Positions 12,051-25,540 of a stretch of 64,000 bases of DNA are shown here, piece by piece (position 1 is the stretch's first letter; each line of letters begins with the position of its first letter). The notes below the pieces were generated by a model. It was given only the letters and a program-made list of their open reading frames with translations, searched no databases and had not been told where the DNA came from. The translations under genes were made by a program, and so were the position numbers. Origin of the DNA: Chiloscyllium plagiosum (Eukaryota); assembly GCF_004010195.1 (NCBI RefSeq), contig NC_057718.1, forward strand, positions 49,439,239 to 49,503,238. Reading direction: 5' to 3'.

Positions 12051-14342
12051 GTCAGCAGATGTGTCTTTATTCTACCATTAGCTTAAGACACCTTCTTCTC
12101 TCAACAATGTCCGCCGACCAGGATTCATAGCATTCATTTCCTTCAGTGCAGCAAAACTACAGTAAAAAAATCCATGCGACCACACAAAACATGATAAAGC
12201 AGATTATCTGCATGACAAAAAAAGTTCTTATTCTGATTGGATCACATGAGAGGACCCCTCCCTGCAACCCTTGCATGATCTGTGCTAGCTTAAAGGATGT
12301 GCGTAACATTACAATTATGACTGGGCAGCCTTTGTAAGCAGCTGAGGAGCAGGAGCACAAGAAAGAGAACTCCTTCTGCAGTCTCTAAAGTTCCTTTCTG
12401 CCTGAACAGGCAATGAATGACTTATTCTGGTGTGATATCAATAACTGCAATCCCAATTCTCATTTCAACAACAGTCCTTTTGAGACCTAAACTCTGCATT
12501 ACATAGCAAGGAAGAATAGTGTCTGATGGTAAGACTGCCATCCTGTGGAGAAAGTAAAAAGAGCAGATATTATTGCTCCCAATACAGCCTAACCCAGTGA
12601 TCACAAATGGACTGTGATTGCTCTGTTATCAACTCAATGAATCTCTTATTAACATTGCTCACAATGATCACTTTAACAAAAATGTATTCTATTTTTCTCA
12701 GGAATAAGACCCAAGTCAATTAGTTGGTGGTCAAATAAAACTATTTCTTTTTTTGGTGTTTTTGACTAAATTTTGTGGTTCTGTTGATGCTTCTTTGTAA
12801 ACAATGAGTGTATGCCTTTTACTTTACCATTAGTAGATGTAAAACCAAAAATAGACATTAAGGTGGTATGCAAGATGCACCAGCTATCTGATATTAGTGA
12901 CTGGGCATTAGCTGCTTTGTGACGTTAACCTAAGCTTTTGTTGCATTTGGAATTGAATGAACATATTGGTATCCGAGAGTAGTGCACTGGGGCTGGGGAC
13001 AATGCAGCATGGTGTAATTATTTGGTCTCACTTCACTATAGAGGAAATGTCAAAATTAGCAGAAGTTAGGGTTGAATTTTAATTGGTGGACTCTTGGCAT
13101 GTATCAGCAATAGTTCTAGACTGAGCACTGAGATAGTGCCAGAATGGGGACTGCAAGCACTGAGTTAGAACTTTCAAAGAGGTATCTGTAAATATTTGAT
13201 CTGCCAATCTGGGCAAGCACATCAGTAAAAGGAGCCCTGATGTTAATTCTGCCAGGTCCATTGGCAAATCCATTCTTCCAAGTTTCCTGACCTCACAACA
13301 ACTGCCTTGTACATAACTTACCTCCAGGCTAAACTCTAAACCTTAAATCTAAATTCCACAGATGATGCCACCAGGGTCAGCCTGTATGACTCTGATGGAT
13401 AGGCCAAGGTGGAAACAGGAGAGGTTTTAAGACACAATGGTTGGTTGTAGACAAATTTAGGAGAATGAGGTGTAAGAACAACATTTGAATTTACAGATCA
13501 GAATACTCTACAGTAATAAATTTAAATGATTAGAATCTTTTCATGGCCTGACTTGTTCAGAAAATATTGAAGACATAGAATACATCAAATCCCATTAATG
13601 TTGCATTCATATTGACAAGGTGGTTTTAGAAGGTGGTGGATCGGAATTCTAATGCATGGTTGAAGTCACATGTCTTCTTATCAGTCTCCATTTTGTAAAA
13701 ATAATGCTGCTTATCTCATACATTAGTACCACTAAAGTAATTAATTTTGATGAGGCTGCATTCTGTTACCTACAACTAAGTTTTACTGATCAGAATATGG
13801 AGATCAATGCTTTCAAACATCAATACTGAGAAGATGAATCACACTTTAACCATAAAACTTACAATGCAAATCATTTTCCAAAGAACACAGCACTACTCAT
13901 GGGAGGCTGGCAATGGCTGAGTGATATTTCATTGTAAAGAATGAGTAAAAAGGATGTTGGAAGCCTATATCTGTCTCAAGTGATGATTGGCACTGCATAC
14001 CATGTAGTGTTAGGATTTTTGTGCTAATTTTATATCCGTAGTGAAATCAATCTGATGCAAAACATTCAGGATGAACTGGCAAATTTATATCTGCTTCAGG
14101 TATGCTTTCTCCAACAATATATCTAAGGTATAGCCACTAATTAAAACACTATTTCCTACCTCTGTTCATATCTTGCTAAAGGTATCTTTTCCTTAGCAGG
14201 TAAGTATAGTTAATACTGCAAATTTCTCCCTTTCTTTTTGTCCCTTTGATCATCATAGCTAAAGTGCATGCTGCTGCTTCTACTTAGTAAGGTTGTACAG
14301 CATGGAGCAGGCTTTCAAAGATAGTTGGATTTTCAGGGACAT

Positions 14343-14704
14343 TTTTAATTATTAATTCATGGGATGTGGGCATTACTGGCTAAGCCAGCATTAATTGCCC
14401 ATCCCCAATTGCCTAGAGAGCAGTTAAGAGTCAATCACATTTTTGTGGGCTTGGAAACACATGTGAGTCAACCATAAGTAAGGACAGGGGGTTTCTTCCC
14501 TCAAGGGAATTATTGAACCTGATCCATATTCCTAACAATCAATAATGTTGCATGATCATCAATGGACTTTTAATTTCAATTGTTTTTAAATTAAATTCCA
14601 CCATCTGCCATGATGGGATTTGAACCCAGGTCCCCAGAACATTACCTGGGTCTTAGAACTAATGGGGGAGGTAGGTGATAACACCACTAAGCCAAGTCTT
14701 CCCC
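14343..14704 (-). mobile_element. tRNA-derived SINE family 2 with LINE family B tail
   Basis: B-box-like gggttcaaatccc on the minus strand; tail matches 17105-17180; homologous to 34122 and 48049. Confidence 0.8.
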
Positions 14705-14958
14705 AACTGGCCACAAATAAAGTATCTATCACTTTAACGTAAGCATTTAAGATGAAGTTTGAGCACATCCATGCCTTCTGTAACCAGTCCCCTCACTGAG
14801 TAATGCATCACTGTATTTGCAGTAAGGCGTGGTCTACACTCAGGTGAATCAACACATAAATTTATTGAGTATACCTATATAGAAGAGATGGCAAAAGAGG
14901 ATATCTTCCTGGATCCTTACAGATTCCACTCATTTGATCAGATGTTACAATGACATAG

Positions 14959-15027
14959 TTAAAAAGCACGCAACACCAGATTATATTTTTAACGTTGTTC
15001 ACCCCAGTTCAACTTCGGCATCTCCAC
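14959..15027. mobile_element. Collapsed derivative of foldback Penelope-type family B
   Basis: Both ends match 29376-29570 with the centre missing; perfect 12-bp TSD acaatgacatag at 14947-14958 and 15028-15039. Confidence 0.8.
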
Positions 15028-15544
15028 ACAATGACATAGCTCGTTTTATACGTGCTCAGTGAATTAAGATATAACCCTTGACTCAACAGCATTGACCCTT
15101 GACCTCGGCATCATGAGTTCTGGTTTGAATGCCTAACACAAATCTCTTGGCAGTCAGGTGTAAAGATTATGAATACTGAATTCATGCACAAAACCCGATT
15201 TAGTGTCCACTGCCATTTCACAGGAAGAAAACCTGTGAATGAGCAATGCGTAAGGGTTGTGTTTTGAAATAAGAGGAATTTGTACCTTTTTTTACAAAAG
15301 CAACAGACCAGCGATGCATCAGAAAGAGATTTAACACATTAATGACCATATTCTTATCAATGTGTATAAATAAGTAATTTGTTATCCTGTGCCCTAACAA
15401 AACAATTTTCCCCATTAAGGCTGAAATAATCTTGATCAAGTTTGCTACTTCTGAGGTTTCTGCAGGCACTATATTCTTCAGAGAATAGGAAAATAACGCG
15501 AACATTTTGACTACATGATGTTGAAGGCATGGTAATATATTTGT

Positions 15545-15870
15545 AAATCAGTTGTGTGATTTATAGAGGGGAGCTTTGGTATTTCCAAGTACTTGCTATC
15601 TTTATCCTTCTAGGATATAAAGCCATCAAGTTTTCTGAAGGCGCTGTTGAAGGGTATTGAAGTGTTATAGCAATGTATCTGGTAGATTTGGAACCAAAGA
15701 GTTATGGTGGTGGAGGGAATAGATGTTCAAGGTGCAGGATTGTACCAGGATCAAGCAAGCTGCTTTGCCCAAGATAGTATTCAGTTTTGAGTTCTTTGGA
15801 GCTGTATTCATCCAAAAAGGGGGAGAATATTTCATCACCCAAGTGCCTCGTAGATAGTGAAAATGAGTTG
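15545..15870 (-). mobile_element. CR1-group LINE family B fragment
   Basis: atcaagcaagctgctttgccc and neighbouring blocks homologous to 17105-17870. Confidence 0.7.
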
Positions 15871-16061
15871 ATGCTCACAGGTTAAAATGGAATTTAAAAA
15901 ATACCCATTGCCAAACCTCAGCAAGTTTCAAAATGAATCTAACGAGATATTAACTTAATGTCAAATGCATATTCCTTGAAAACTGCAATGCAAATTATGT
16001 CTATAAGGCCCCAATGTTATATCTAAAATATATCTTAGTATTGCTCAAAGTAAGTATAGAA

Positions 16062-16381
16062 GGCATGGTGGGTCAGTGGTTAGCACTGCTGCCTCACAGT
16101 GCCATGGATGTGAGTTTGATTCCAGCCTTGGGTGACTATGTGTGTGGACTTTGCTTATTCTCCCTGAGTCTGGGTGCTCTGGTTTTCTTCCACAGTCCAA
16201 AGATGTGCAGATTAGGTGAATTGGCCTTGCTAAATTGCCCGTAGAGTTAAGTGGTTTGGATGTTAGGTGCATTAGTCAAAGGAAATGTAGAGTAATAGGG
16301 ATAGGGAAATGGGTCTGGAGGGTTGGTGTGGACTTTTTGGGCCAAATGGCATGTTCCCATACTGTAGGAATTCTAATTCTA
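16062..16381 (+). mobile_element. HE1-type SINE
   Basis: tRNA-like head (ggtcagtggttagcactgctgcctcacag), conserved body and HER1-like tail; homologous to 23056. Confidence 0.92.
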
Positions 16382-17104
16382 CATTTTACTGGCCTCCACA
16401 GTTAGAACCACTGCAACCATCAAAATCATTGTTCTCATCTCCTTCTGAGTTCCTTTCATGGTCTCACCTAAACACAGGCCTAGTTTGATTCTGGTTGTCC
16501 AATTATGTCAGTTCAGAACCAAGCGGCTTGCCTCTGGCCACCTGTTTCAGGGTGGGGAGATTCTGTGCAGAATGGTATTAGTGCAATCATCCCACTCCAG
16601 CTGCTGCGTGGGCATCTCATTCATCCCGCTGGCTTGCTGCCCAGAGTTCAAATTCCTCCAACTCTGTCCAACACCACGTGAGATCCATTAACATATGCTT
16701 AGAGAACATCTGCCACATTCCAAATGCCACAGTCTCCCTCGGACATTTCCTTATAAAGAATTAACAAATCACGAATGAATAATATACTTTCTTGAAAAAA
16801 ATGAAATAAACCAAGTCACTTCTTATTGTTTTATGAGCTCAAAATAACTAAGAGAGAGGTGGAGAGGCATGCAGTAACCAATCCACTGACCCTTGCAACA
16901 AGAATAATAATTTGATTCTAATTGACTTAAGTACCAATTTAGACCATTGTTAAGGGCCAACCATTTCAACAAACCTCTGGAGTGTGTTGGAAGAAGAAAG
17001 GAAGTTAATTTGTCGTTTTATATCATTACTTAGGCAGAAGTACCATCATCAAGTCTAAAACACAGATGGGTGGTAATTGGGTTAAGGTAAAGTTGAAATT
17101 TTGA

Positions 17105-17870
17105 TTTTTAAAAAATTTGTTCATGGGATATGTCCATTACTAAGCTAGGCCAGTGATTATTATCCATTTCCAATTGGCATGGAGGAGGTGGTGGTGAGCT
17201 GCCTTCTTGAACTTCTGCTATCCTTGAAATTAATTATACCCACAGTGCTGTTAGCGAGGGAGTTATAGAATTTTGATCCAGAAACAGCAAAGTACCAAAG
17301 GTGTAGTTCCGAGCCAGGATGGCATGTGACTTGGAGAGGAAGTTTTAGATGGTGATCTTCCGATGCACCCATAGCCTCTGTCCTTACAGTTGGGAGAGAT
17401 CACAAATTTGGCAAGGTACGATGGCAGGGGCCATTGTGAGTTGTTTTAGTGAACCTTGTAGCTGGTAAACATTATGCAGAAGTGGTGCAGGAATGAATAT
17501 TAAAGGTGGTGAGTACTGCATCAGTCAAGCAAGATGTTTTGTCCTGGATGGTGTTGAGTTTTTTTGAGCATTGTTGGACTAATGCTGATCCAAGCAAGTG
17601 GAAAGTATCCCTTACACTCCTAACCTGCTCCTTTGCAGGTGGTTGACATATTTTGAGGAAACAGGTGGTTTGCTATTCGCTACTGAATTCCCAGTTCCTG
17701 ACCTGCTCTTGTAGCCACATTATTTGTTTAACTGGTTCAGCTCAGTACCTGGTCAATGATAACTCCTCCAGGATATTGATGGTAAAGGATTCAGTCATGA
17801 TAATTCCATTGAATGTCAATTGTTGAAGTATCTCTTGTTTTGATGGTCCTTTACATGGCTTTTATAACTG
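17105..17870 (-). mobile_element. CR1-group LINE family B 3' end
   Basis: Reverse-complement homology to 40230-40880 and 51290-51860, including the 3' tail. Confidence 0.8.
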
Positions 17871-19314
17871 ATAGCTGTAGTACCGAGCAAGAAGGTTTCC
17901 TGCTCAGAGTATCAACAGTAAATTGTGAATGGTGAGATAAAAAGAGAATGGAAATAAAAATATCTTGATAGAGTATTAGAATCCTAATAGAATGGAAATA
18001 GAAAACAATACATCAAATAGTACATCCAAAACAAAACATTAGAGCATTCAAATTATATTTGAATGAGCCGGCAGAATGGGATTTCATTGTTCTTTGCAAA
18101 AACAATATAATTAGGTATCAGCCATTCTGCACTGTGAACAACTATTCTGTATCCACTATGCAATTACAAAACAAAATCAAAAGGACACTTGTACTTTCTC
18201 AAAGATGCCGTAAGACTGGTTTAATGCGGATAACATTTCCTTCCAAGTTATAGTGTCCTATCAATGTTTAGCCATGCATGAATCTTGATGGTATCTTGTA
18301 CATCAATTCAACCTTGTGATTTAAACCAGAATCTTTAAATTCACAGCAAGAAAAGTAATTTCAAGTCATATACTGCATATTTCTCCCTCTGCTAAAAAAA
18401 AGCACAGCTGAAATTGCACTGGCTACACAACAATTCTTTAATGCTCTCACAGCTTTGCATTTACTTTTATTATTTTGCTTTTCCCTTTGGATTTAAAATC
18501 TTTAACATGACAGAAAAAATGCTCTCACTGCATTACACTGTTATTAAAATTGTAGGTTCATTTGCTTTTACTCAGCAATGGTCCTCTATGACTGACATAA
18601 GAAGATAGTGAAGTGAAGGGAATGATATCTTGTGGGTGAAAGTGAATTCATTCAATCATTATAATCTTCTATCACCCCAAGTGCAATCAGTTCATCCTGC
18701 TCTAACTCTCAAGCAAATTGTTTTAGTGCCCTTGCCTTTGAAATTATTTCTCATTCAGTCTTTGGCTTCTACTAATGGAATTTACTCTTTGCCGTTTTAG
18801 TTCATTGCACATGAGTTCTAGTCAGTTATTCAAAAAACAAAGGGAATACTTTATCATTTGGGGAATAGACAAAATTTTGTTTATTTGTGGAATGTACTGA
18901 CTGAGAAATGCAGTGTGATGCCCAAACCATTTCAAGGACCAAGTCTTCTTTAAATTAGACAGGTTAACCTTTCTACCCCCACATGACTGGACTCAAGATG
19001 TTGCCCTATCAAGAAATTTAAAGGCTACTCAGATGACAGGGCAAATTTAGGTAGGACTTGTGATTGTGAAAGGTAGACCAAGTGGTAACAATGGGAAAGA
19101 TCATTTCTGATGGGTCTAGGAAGGCATTTCTGCTCTTCTAGCCTACATTAAAGGTTTTGACCTACCTTTGAGGGTTACCTTTTCTCAGCCAAAACAGCAT
19201 CCAAAGAGACCACTTCCACTCATTGGTCTGTGGAAGTGGCCTTAGGTGTTCAACCTGTAGAATAGCAATCTGAATGGTCCACCCGGGAAAGAATAAGAGT
19301 TTTATCCTAGGGTG

Positions 19315-19480
19315 GTATATAACACAGAAGGAGGTTTTGGCTCATTGAGTCAATGCTGGCTTTTTCACAGAGCAACACAATTTTCCCATTGTCCTTTAAG
19401 TTTATGTTCTTCAAGTGTCCTCCAGTTTGTTTTTGACATCATTTAGAGGTCTTTTAACTTTCGTAACTCTCTTGTTAAGA
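19315..19480 (-). mobile_element. Old CR1 3' UTR fragment
   Basis: acacagaaggagg...ctcattgagtcaatgctggct resembles reverse CR1 tails elsewhere in the window. Confidence 0.45.
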
Positions 19481-20519
19481 AATTCCCATTTGTTTTTTGT
19501 TGTTAAGTTCAGAAACATGAAAAACCATTATGTTTTAAGTGATGTCCTCAGCTGACATTTGGTTTTGGTAGGAAGTCCTTTGGGTGGATTTTCTGCCAAC
19601 AATTTTTCCCATAATTTTTGCCAATGGTGCTTCCAAGTACTAAATGTTAAAGGGTTAACTACTAATAAGTCTTTGCTAGAAAAGGCATGTACTTGACTAA
19701 CAAGTAAGTTATGTTAGCTTAACACTGGTTAGATCTATTACCCTTGATAAGATATCTCCTCACAGGTACAGGTGAACTGAAGTTACATGGTTGCCAACAG
19801 TAAGACAAACAGACTAAAACAATCAGAACTGATTAACTCATCCTACAGAAAATCACTTATATTCTGGTGATTGCTATACAGAGGTTTCCGTGTTAACACG
19901 TTCAGGCCTTTTATTTATACTAGACCTTAATGGCTCATAATTTAACAATATAGAGGCACAATGAAAAGAAATGAAATATGGATAAGTGTGGTGCTATTAA
20001 TCCATCCATTACTATGACAGTAGTGTTCAGTAACTAGCTGATGGAAGGGAGGTAAAGATGATCTGAAGCTTGCACCCCATCAAGAAAACATAAAATGTAA
20101 TTTTTAGTATTCCCATTTTTAAGATCCGTGTGTTATGTAATAATTGTAATCTGTGCATCGTCAACGTAAATTATTCAACAGTGTGATTGTTATAGGGTCA
20201 TGTGGGATTTCCTTAGAAATCAGAAATTAGAGATTTAAAGGTCCATTCTACCAGAATATGCATGGGGATCACAATTAACTTGCATCCGTTGTTCCGAAAT
20301 ATTCAGCATGAACACTATCATTTTGTCTGTGCTTTGCCTCAAACAGTATTGCTCTGCAAGCAGCAAACTGGCTCTGCTAATTTAACTGGTGATGTGCTTG
20401 CAGCACTTAAAGGCACCCTGCATCTTTTTAAAATGGAGATGCATTCTGGCTGTAGCAGGTGCTGGAAGTAACTGGGGAGAAGAGATTGATTGGCAAGTGG
20501 GGTGCATAATTTTGGGATG

Positions 20520-21007
20520 AGAAAGAGACAATGCTCCAAAGTTCTCAGACATTGCAATGGATACCTTGATGGAGGAGGGAAGCTGAATGAGAGGCATCTT
20601 CTATCCACAAAAGGTCAGCAGGCACTCCAGGCATACTCTAAGAAGATGTTCAAAGAGCTCACACAAGAAGTCAAAATCAGTGAACACATTTTTAAAGTCC
20701 GTATTCCACTGATTGGAATGTTAACCTTGCACAACAATCTCTATCAAATACCTTGTATTCATCACTACACCTCAACTTTAATATTCAAAACGTCACACTC
20801 CTATCTCAATTTGCATTAGTTGCCAGTTATTCAGCCACTTGGGACTTATCATCCACATTCACTGCAACACACTCACTAACATACTTTCCTCCTTTTTGCA
20901 CAGCTCAGTTGTGCACAACAGGTGACAGAAGGAGTTGACCAGAGAGGTTCATGTGTCCCTGGGTACCTGAACCCTCAATAAAAAGACAGTGCTGACCATA
21001 ATTGGGA
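20520..21007 (+). pseudogene. Two-exon Myb/SANT-like remnant, Harbinger-type
   Basis: Exon 1 APKFSDIAMDTLMEEGS*MRGIFYPQKVSRHSRHTLRR/FKELTQEVK; acceptor cctttttgcacag at 20903; exon 2 VVHNR*QKELT...LNPQ*KTVLTIIG. Confidence 0.6.
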
Positions 21008-22199
21008 TGATCATACTTGAGGCTTTGATTGAATAGGTCTGAAACCATTAATGATACTGACATCCTCATATCAATCCTTCTTCTCAATAGTCCCCTTGTC
21101 ACACAGTGTCTTTTCATTTAAAGGTTACAGACAGTTTCAATGTGAATCTCTTAATTCCGTGTTCTCACACATAAAGACATATCTTTGCACCTTCCCTCGT
21201 TCTTATACTCACAATATAATACAACCTAACAAGGAATTGGTGACAGATCAAAAGGTAGAAAGGTAATCAGGCAGTAATGATGACAGTATGGCACTACCAT
21301 TTGATTTCACAATTCACAACCATCACCTCCAATACTAATGTAGCAAATACTTTGAGTGATCGTTTTAGGGCACTCCAAGGACATTGGGTAACTACTTGGA
21401 CTCTAAATCAATTGCTCACCAAGCAATATACATGTGTATTAAACTTTAGGTTCAGTTGCCCTCCATCAGCCTCTGGCTCAGTAAACAACAGGACTGCAGA
21501 AGCACCACTTTTCAGCAGCACCTCTTCAAGTTCATGATGAGAAAGGTGGATCCAAAAGCCATTTAAGTGAGCCTACCAGACTGATCCATCCCTCCCAAAG
21601 AATAGGAGCCAACTGAGATAACTACTGTCCTCTGGTTAGCCTTTCAAACAAATTGAAGCCAAATTATAATTTGGTCAGGGTATTAACTTCTCAGTGATGT
21701 GCAGCCCCAACAAAGGGAGTATAGAGTCAGTTTCTCAAGTTAACAATATAGAGGACTATGTGAGACAATATAAATCCTAACATATCTACATGTTTATTAA
21801 TGAACCAAACATGCAATTCAAAGTCAGCTGGAGACAATCACAATGTTAAACAGATTCTAGGAAAAAGGGAGAATATAGAGTCCTGTTTCCAATAAAGAAT
21901 CCAATGCTAAATTTAAACTGTTGTTCATCATCTGGAGTTTATTGCTCAAAGGCCCAACCTACAGTATCACTACAATGATGTAGGTGTTGAATCCATCCCA
22001 GCTGAAACGGGGATTAAGCCATGTACCTTTGGCATAAAACTGATTCATACTGGCCATCTGGCCAACTTGCCTTCCCCTCTCAAGCAGTCCAAGTTTCTGT
22101 GGTGACAAGCACTTTCCATTCATGTCATAGCTTGGACATGTCAATAGTAATGCTAGAGAATCACAGTTTATTCCATTTTGTGGCTGGCCAGGAATCTTA

Positions 22200-22372
22200 C
22201 CTGCTCTTATGCCTTGGAATTGGTGTATATTGGAAGGGTTTACAAGCTGGTTCTAAATCTGCTTGACAATGTTAAGGATAAACTCTTGTTACCATCAAGC
22301 CCTGGAATGGAACTTGTGCCCACTGCTTCCAGTTCAAAGGCTAAGATGCTACCATTTCACCACAAGACCTCA
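22200..22372 (-). mobile_element. Short tRNA-derived SINE family 3
   Basis: Minus strand gaggtcttgtggtgaaatggtagcatc resembles the head at 30238. Confidence 0.5.
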
Positions 22373-23055
22373 CTTAATTATCACTGCTGTAAAAGATGTT
22401 ACATAGAGAATCTATTGAATATTAAAATACCTTCTGTCTTAATTCCTGAATGAATGCAAAAGTCCTGGCTAGTTAAACAACTCTAAAGCATGCTCTCAAT
22501 ATTTCTTGTGTTTTGATTTCCACATTTCTTATGTAGAGGGATGGTCTTTTAATTATAAATTTCCACTTATGTACTCTTGATTTACTTGCCCTGGTATCAA
22601 GCTTAAAATTAATGAGCTGTCCATTGTCATAAACAAAGTCATGTCATGTTAAACCCATGTCACTTGGGTTACCAACTTCCCCTTGAATGCCTTGGGTGTT
22701 TTTTCTAATGCTGGTGGTTCTATCTCATGAATTTTGTGAGTAGGCATTTGACTTTATACTGCTCTGAAGTGCGGTATATTCCCAAACACCTACAGAAATA
22801 CAGAGATAGCATTTATTTTTCAGAGCTGAGCCCTGCACATGGGGCTTTTGTATACCATAGAACTGAAACTGATCCTTAATATCTGCTGTATGGCCGACTC
22901 TTCCTGTCACTTGTCTCTTTAGAGTTTCAATATCTTATCAACTAGATTAGTTTTGTTGTTTTTCTTTTTTCAGGATTTGTCTGTGATTCTTCATGCTTTC
23001 TGTTTCTGTCACAATCTGAATAGCTTTCGCCAAACTCATAACGTACTTCACCACT

Positions 23056-23370
23056 GGGCGGCACGGTGGCACAGTGGTTAGTACTGCTGCCTCACAGCGC
23101 CCGAGACCCGGGTTCAATTCCCGCCTCAGGCGACTGACTGTGTGGAGTTTGCACATTCTCCCCGTGTCTGCGTGGGTTTCCTCCAGGTGCTCCGGTTTCC
23201 TCCCACAGTCACAAAGATGTGCAGGTCAGGTGAATTGGCCATGCTAAATTGCCCGTAGTGTTAGGTAAGGGGTAAATGTAGGGGTTGCGCTTCGGCGGTT
23301 CGGTGTGGACTTGTTGGGCCGAAGGGCCTGTTTCCACACTGTAAGTAATCTAATTCTAATTCTAATCTAA
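23056..23370 (+). mobile_element. HE1-type SINE, full length, young
   Basis: gggcggcacggtggcacagtggttag (A box) and gggttcaattccc (B box); many CpGs retained; (tctaa)n-type tail. Confidence 0.95.
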
Positions 23371-23477
23371 TATTCCAAAGTTTCTGCCTCTCATGAATTC
23401 TGGTTTTAAAAACTGTAGTCATAGTTTTCTGACTAATTTGTATAAATTATTAATTAAGGTATTTACAGATTTCCTTG

Positions 23478-25065
23478 GATTCATTAAGGACAAGGAAATG
23501 GAAGATGGCTTAGGGAGGGACATGTTAATATTGAGGAAGAGGGGTTGTTGTGTGTCTTGAAAAAATATTAAGGTAGATATATCCCCAGGGCCTGATGGAA
23601 TGTATACCAGGATACTGAGGGAGGCAAGGGAGGAGATTTCTGTGGCCATGATAGAGCTTTGTATCCTCTTTAGCCACAGGCAAGGTCCTGAAAGACTGAA
23701 GAATAGCCAAGGGTTCCTTCATTTAAGAAGGACAGGAGAGATAATCCAGGAAATAATAGCAGATTCTTAGGGACAGGGTTTACTTGCAATTGGAAAAGAG
23801 TGCTAGCTTATCAACCTGGCTTTGTGTGGGAGGTATCTTGTCTCACAAATTTGATTGAGTTCTCAAGGAAGAGAAGAAGATGGTTGATGAGGGTAGGACA
23901 GTGGATGCTATCTACATGGACTTTACTAAAGCATTTGACAAGGTCCCTCTTGGTAAGCTGGTCCAGAAGATTAAGTCACATGGGATCCACAGTGAGTTGG
24001 TAAGTTGGATACAAAATTGACTTTGCCATAGAAGACACAGTGTGATTGTGGAAGGATGTTTATCCAACTGAAGATCTGTGATCAGTAGTGTTCCGCAAAG
24101 ATCAGTGCTGGAGTGCTGGGACTTTTGTTATTTGTAATATATATAAATGTTTTGGATGAAAATATAGGTGGTCTGATTAGTACATTTGCAGATAACATGA
24201 AAATTAGTTGAGGTATTGATGGTGAGGAAGGTTGTCAAAGGATATAGCAGAATATAGATCAGTTGGAAAGTGGGGCAGAGAAATAGCAGTTGGACAAGTG
24301 TGAAGTAATGCCTTTTGGGAACTCAAATACAGAGAAAAGTAAACAGTAAATGGAAGGACCCTGAGGACTGTTGATATACTGAAAGACCTTGGGGTGCAAG
24401 ACCATAGCTTCCTGGAAGTGGCAACATAACTGGATCAGATGATAAAGAAGGTATATGGTATACATGCCTTCATCAGTCTGGACATTGAGTATGAAAGTTG
24501 ACAAGTCATGTTGCCACTGTATAGACATTTATTTAGGCCACATTTAGAGTATTGTGTGCCATTCTGGTTGCCACACTATAGGAAGGATGTGGAAGCTTTG
24601 GAGAAGGTGCTGAAGAGGTTTATCAGGATGCTTCCCACATTGGACTGCATTAGCTATAAGGAGATGTTGAACAAACTTGGATTGTTTTCTTTGGAGCATC
24701 AAAGACTGAGGGGTGACCTGATGAAAGTATATAAAATTATGAGAGGCATGGAGAAGGTGGATATGTCCAGGTGGAAATGTCAAATTCTAGTAAGCATAGG
24801 TTTTAGGTGAGAGGTGAAAAGTTTAAAGGAGATGTGTGACACTGTTTTTATATAGAGGTGATAGTGCGTGGGAGATGGTAGTGCCTGTGGAGCTGGCAGA
24901 AGCAGATACAATTGCAATGTTTAAGAGGCATTTAGGCAGGCACATACAGAGGCTAAAGAATAGAGGGATATGGACCATGTGCAGGCAGATGGGATTAATT
25001 TAGAATGGCATCATGGATGACACAGAAATAGCGGGTTAAAGGGCCTATTCCAATACTATGTTTAA
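23478..25065 (+). mobile_element. CR1 LINE, RT domain to 3' UTR, degraded
   Basis: SPGPDGMYTRILRE, YMDFTKAFDKV, FADN and RPHLEYCVPFWLPHYRKDVEALEKV in broken frames. Confidence 0.93.
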
Positions 25066-25337
25066 TAAACAATGTGCTTTTCTATAACATCCCCCAAAAC
25101 AAGCCTGTGTTTGTCACCTGAATATCGACTATTTCTGCTTTCACTGTTAAACTGCCTTAGTTCAGCTTTGCAACTGCCCTGGTGCTCTGACCTTGGCATA
25201 AAATACTTCTATATCTCTCTATTTCCCAATTGCCATCATATCACGAGGTGCCTCCTCATTATAGTAGCAACAATCGATGTTAACTATAAGGATTCATTCC
25301 TTTATGTCCAGCCTTTTGAGTCAATTTATTATGCTGA

Positions 25338-25540
25338 ATAAAAACTGAAAGAACTGTGGATGCTGTAAACCAGAAACCAGAGCAGAAGTTCCTGGAAAAG
25401 CTCAGCAGGTCTGGCAGCATCAGTGCAGAGAAATCAAAGTTAACATTTCGGGTCCGGTGATCCTTCAGGGGACGTGAAACGTTAATTTTGATTTCCCTTG
25501 CTGCCAAACCGGCTGAGCTTTTCCAGCAACTTCTTATTTC
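25338..25540. mobile_element. Foldback Penelope-derived element (family C)
   Basis: Inverted arms gaagttcctggaaaagctcagcaggtctggcagc / gctgccaaaccggctgagcttttccagcaacttc; gaaacgtta remnant at the centre. Confidence 0.75.

Noticed and set aside
14779..15140. TG...CA bounded segment suggesting a solo LTR
   Set aside because: No TSD and no second copy in the window
23056..23130. tRNA-like sequence with A and B boxes
   Set aside because: It is the HE1 SINE head, continuous with the SINE body, not a tRNA gene
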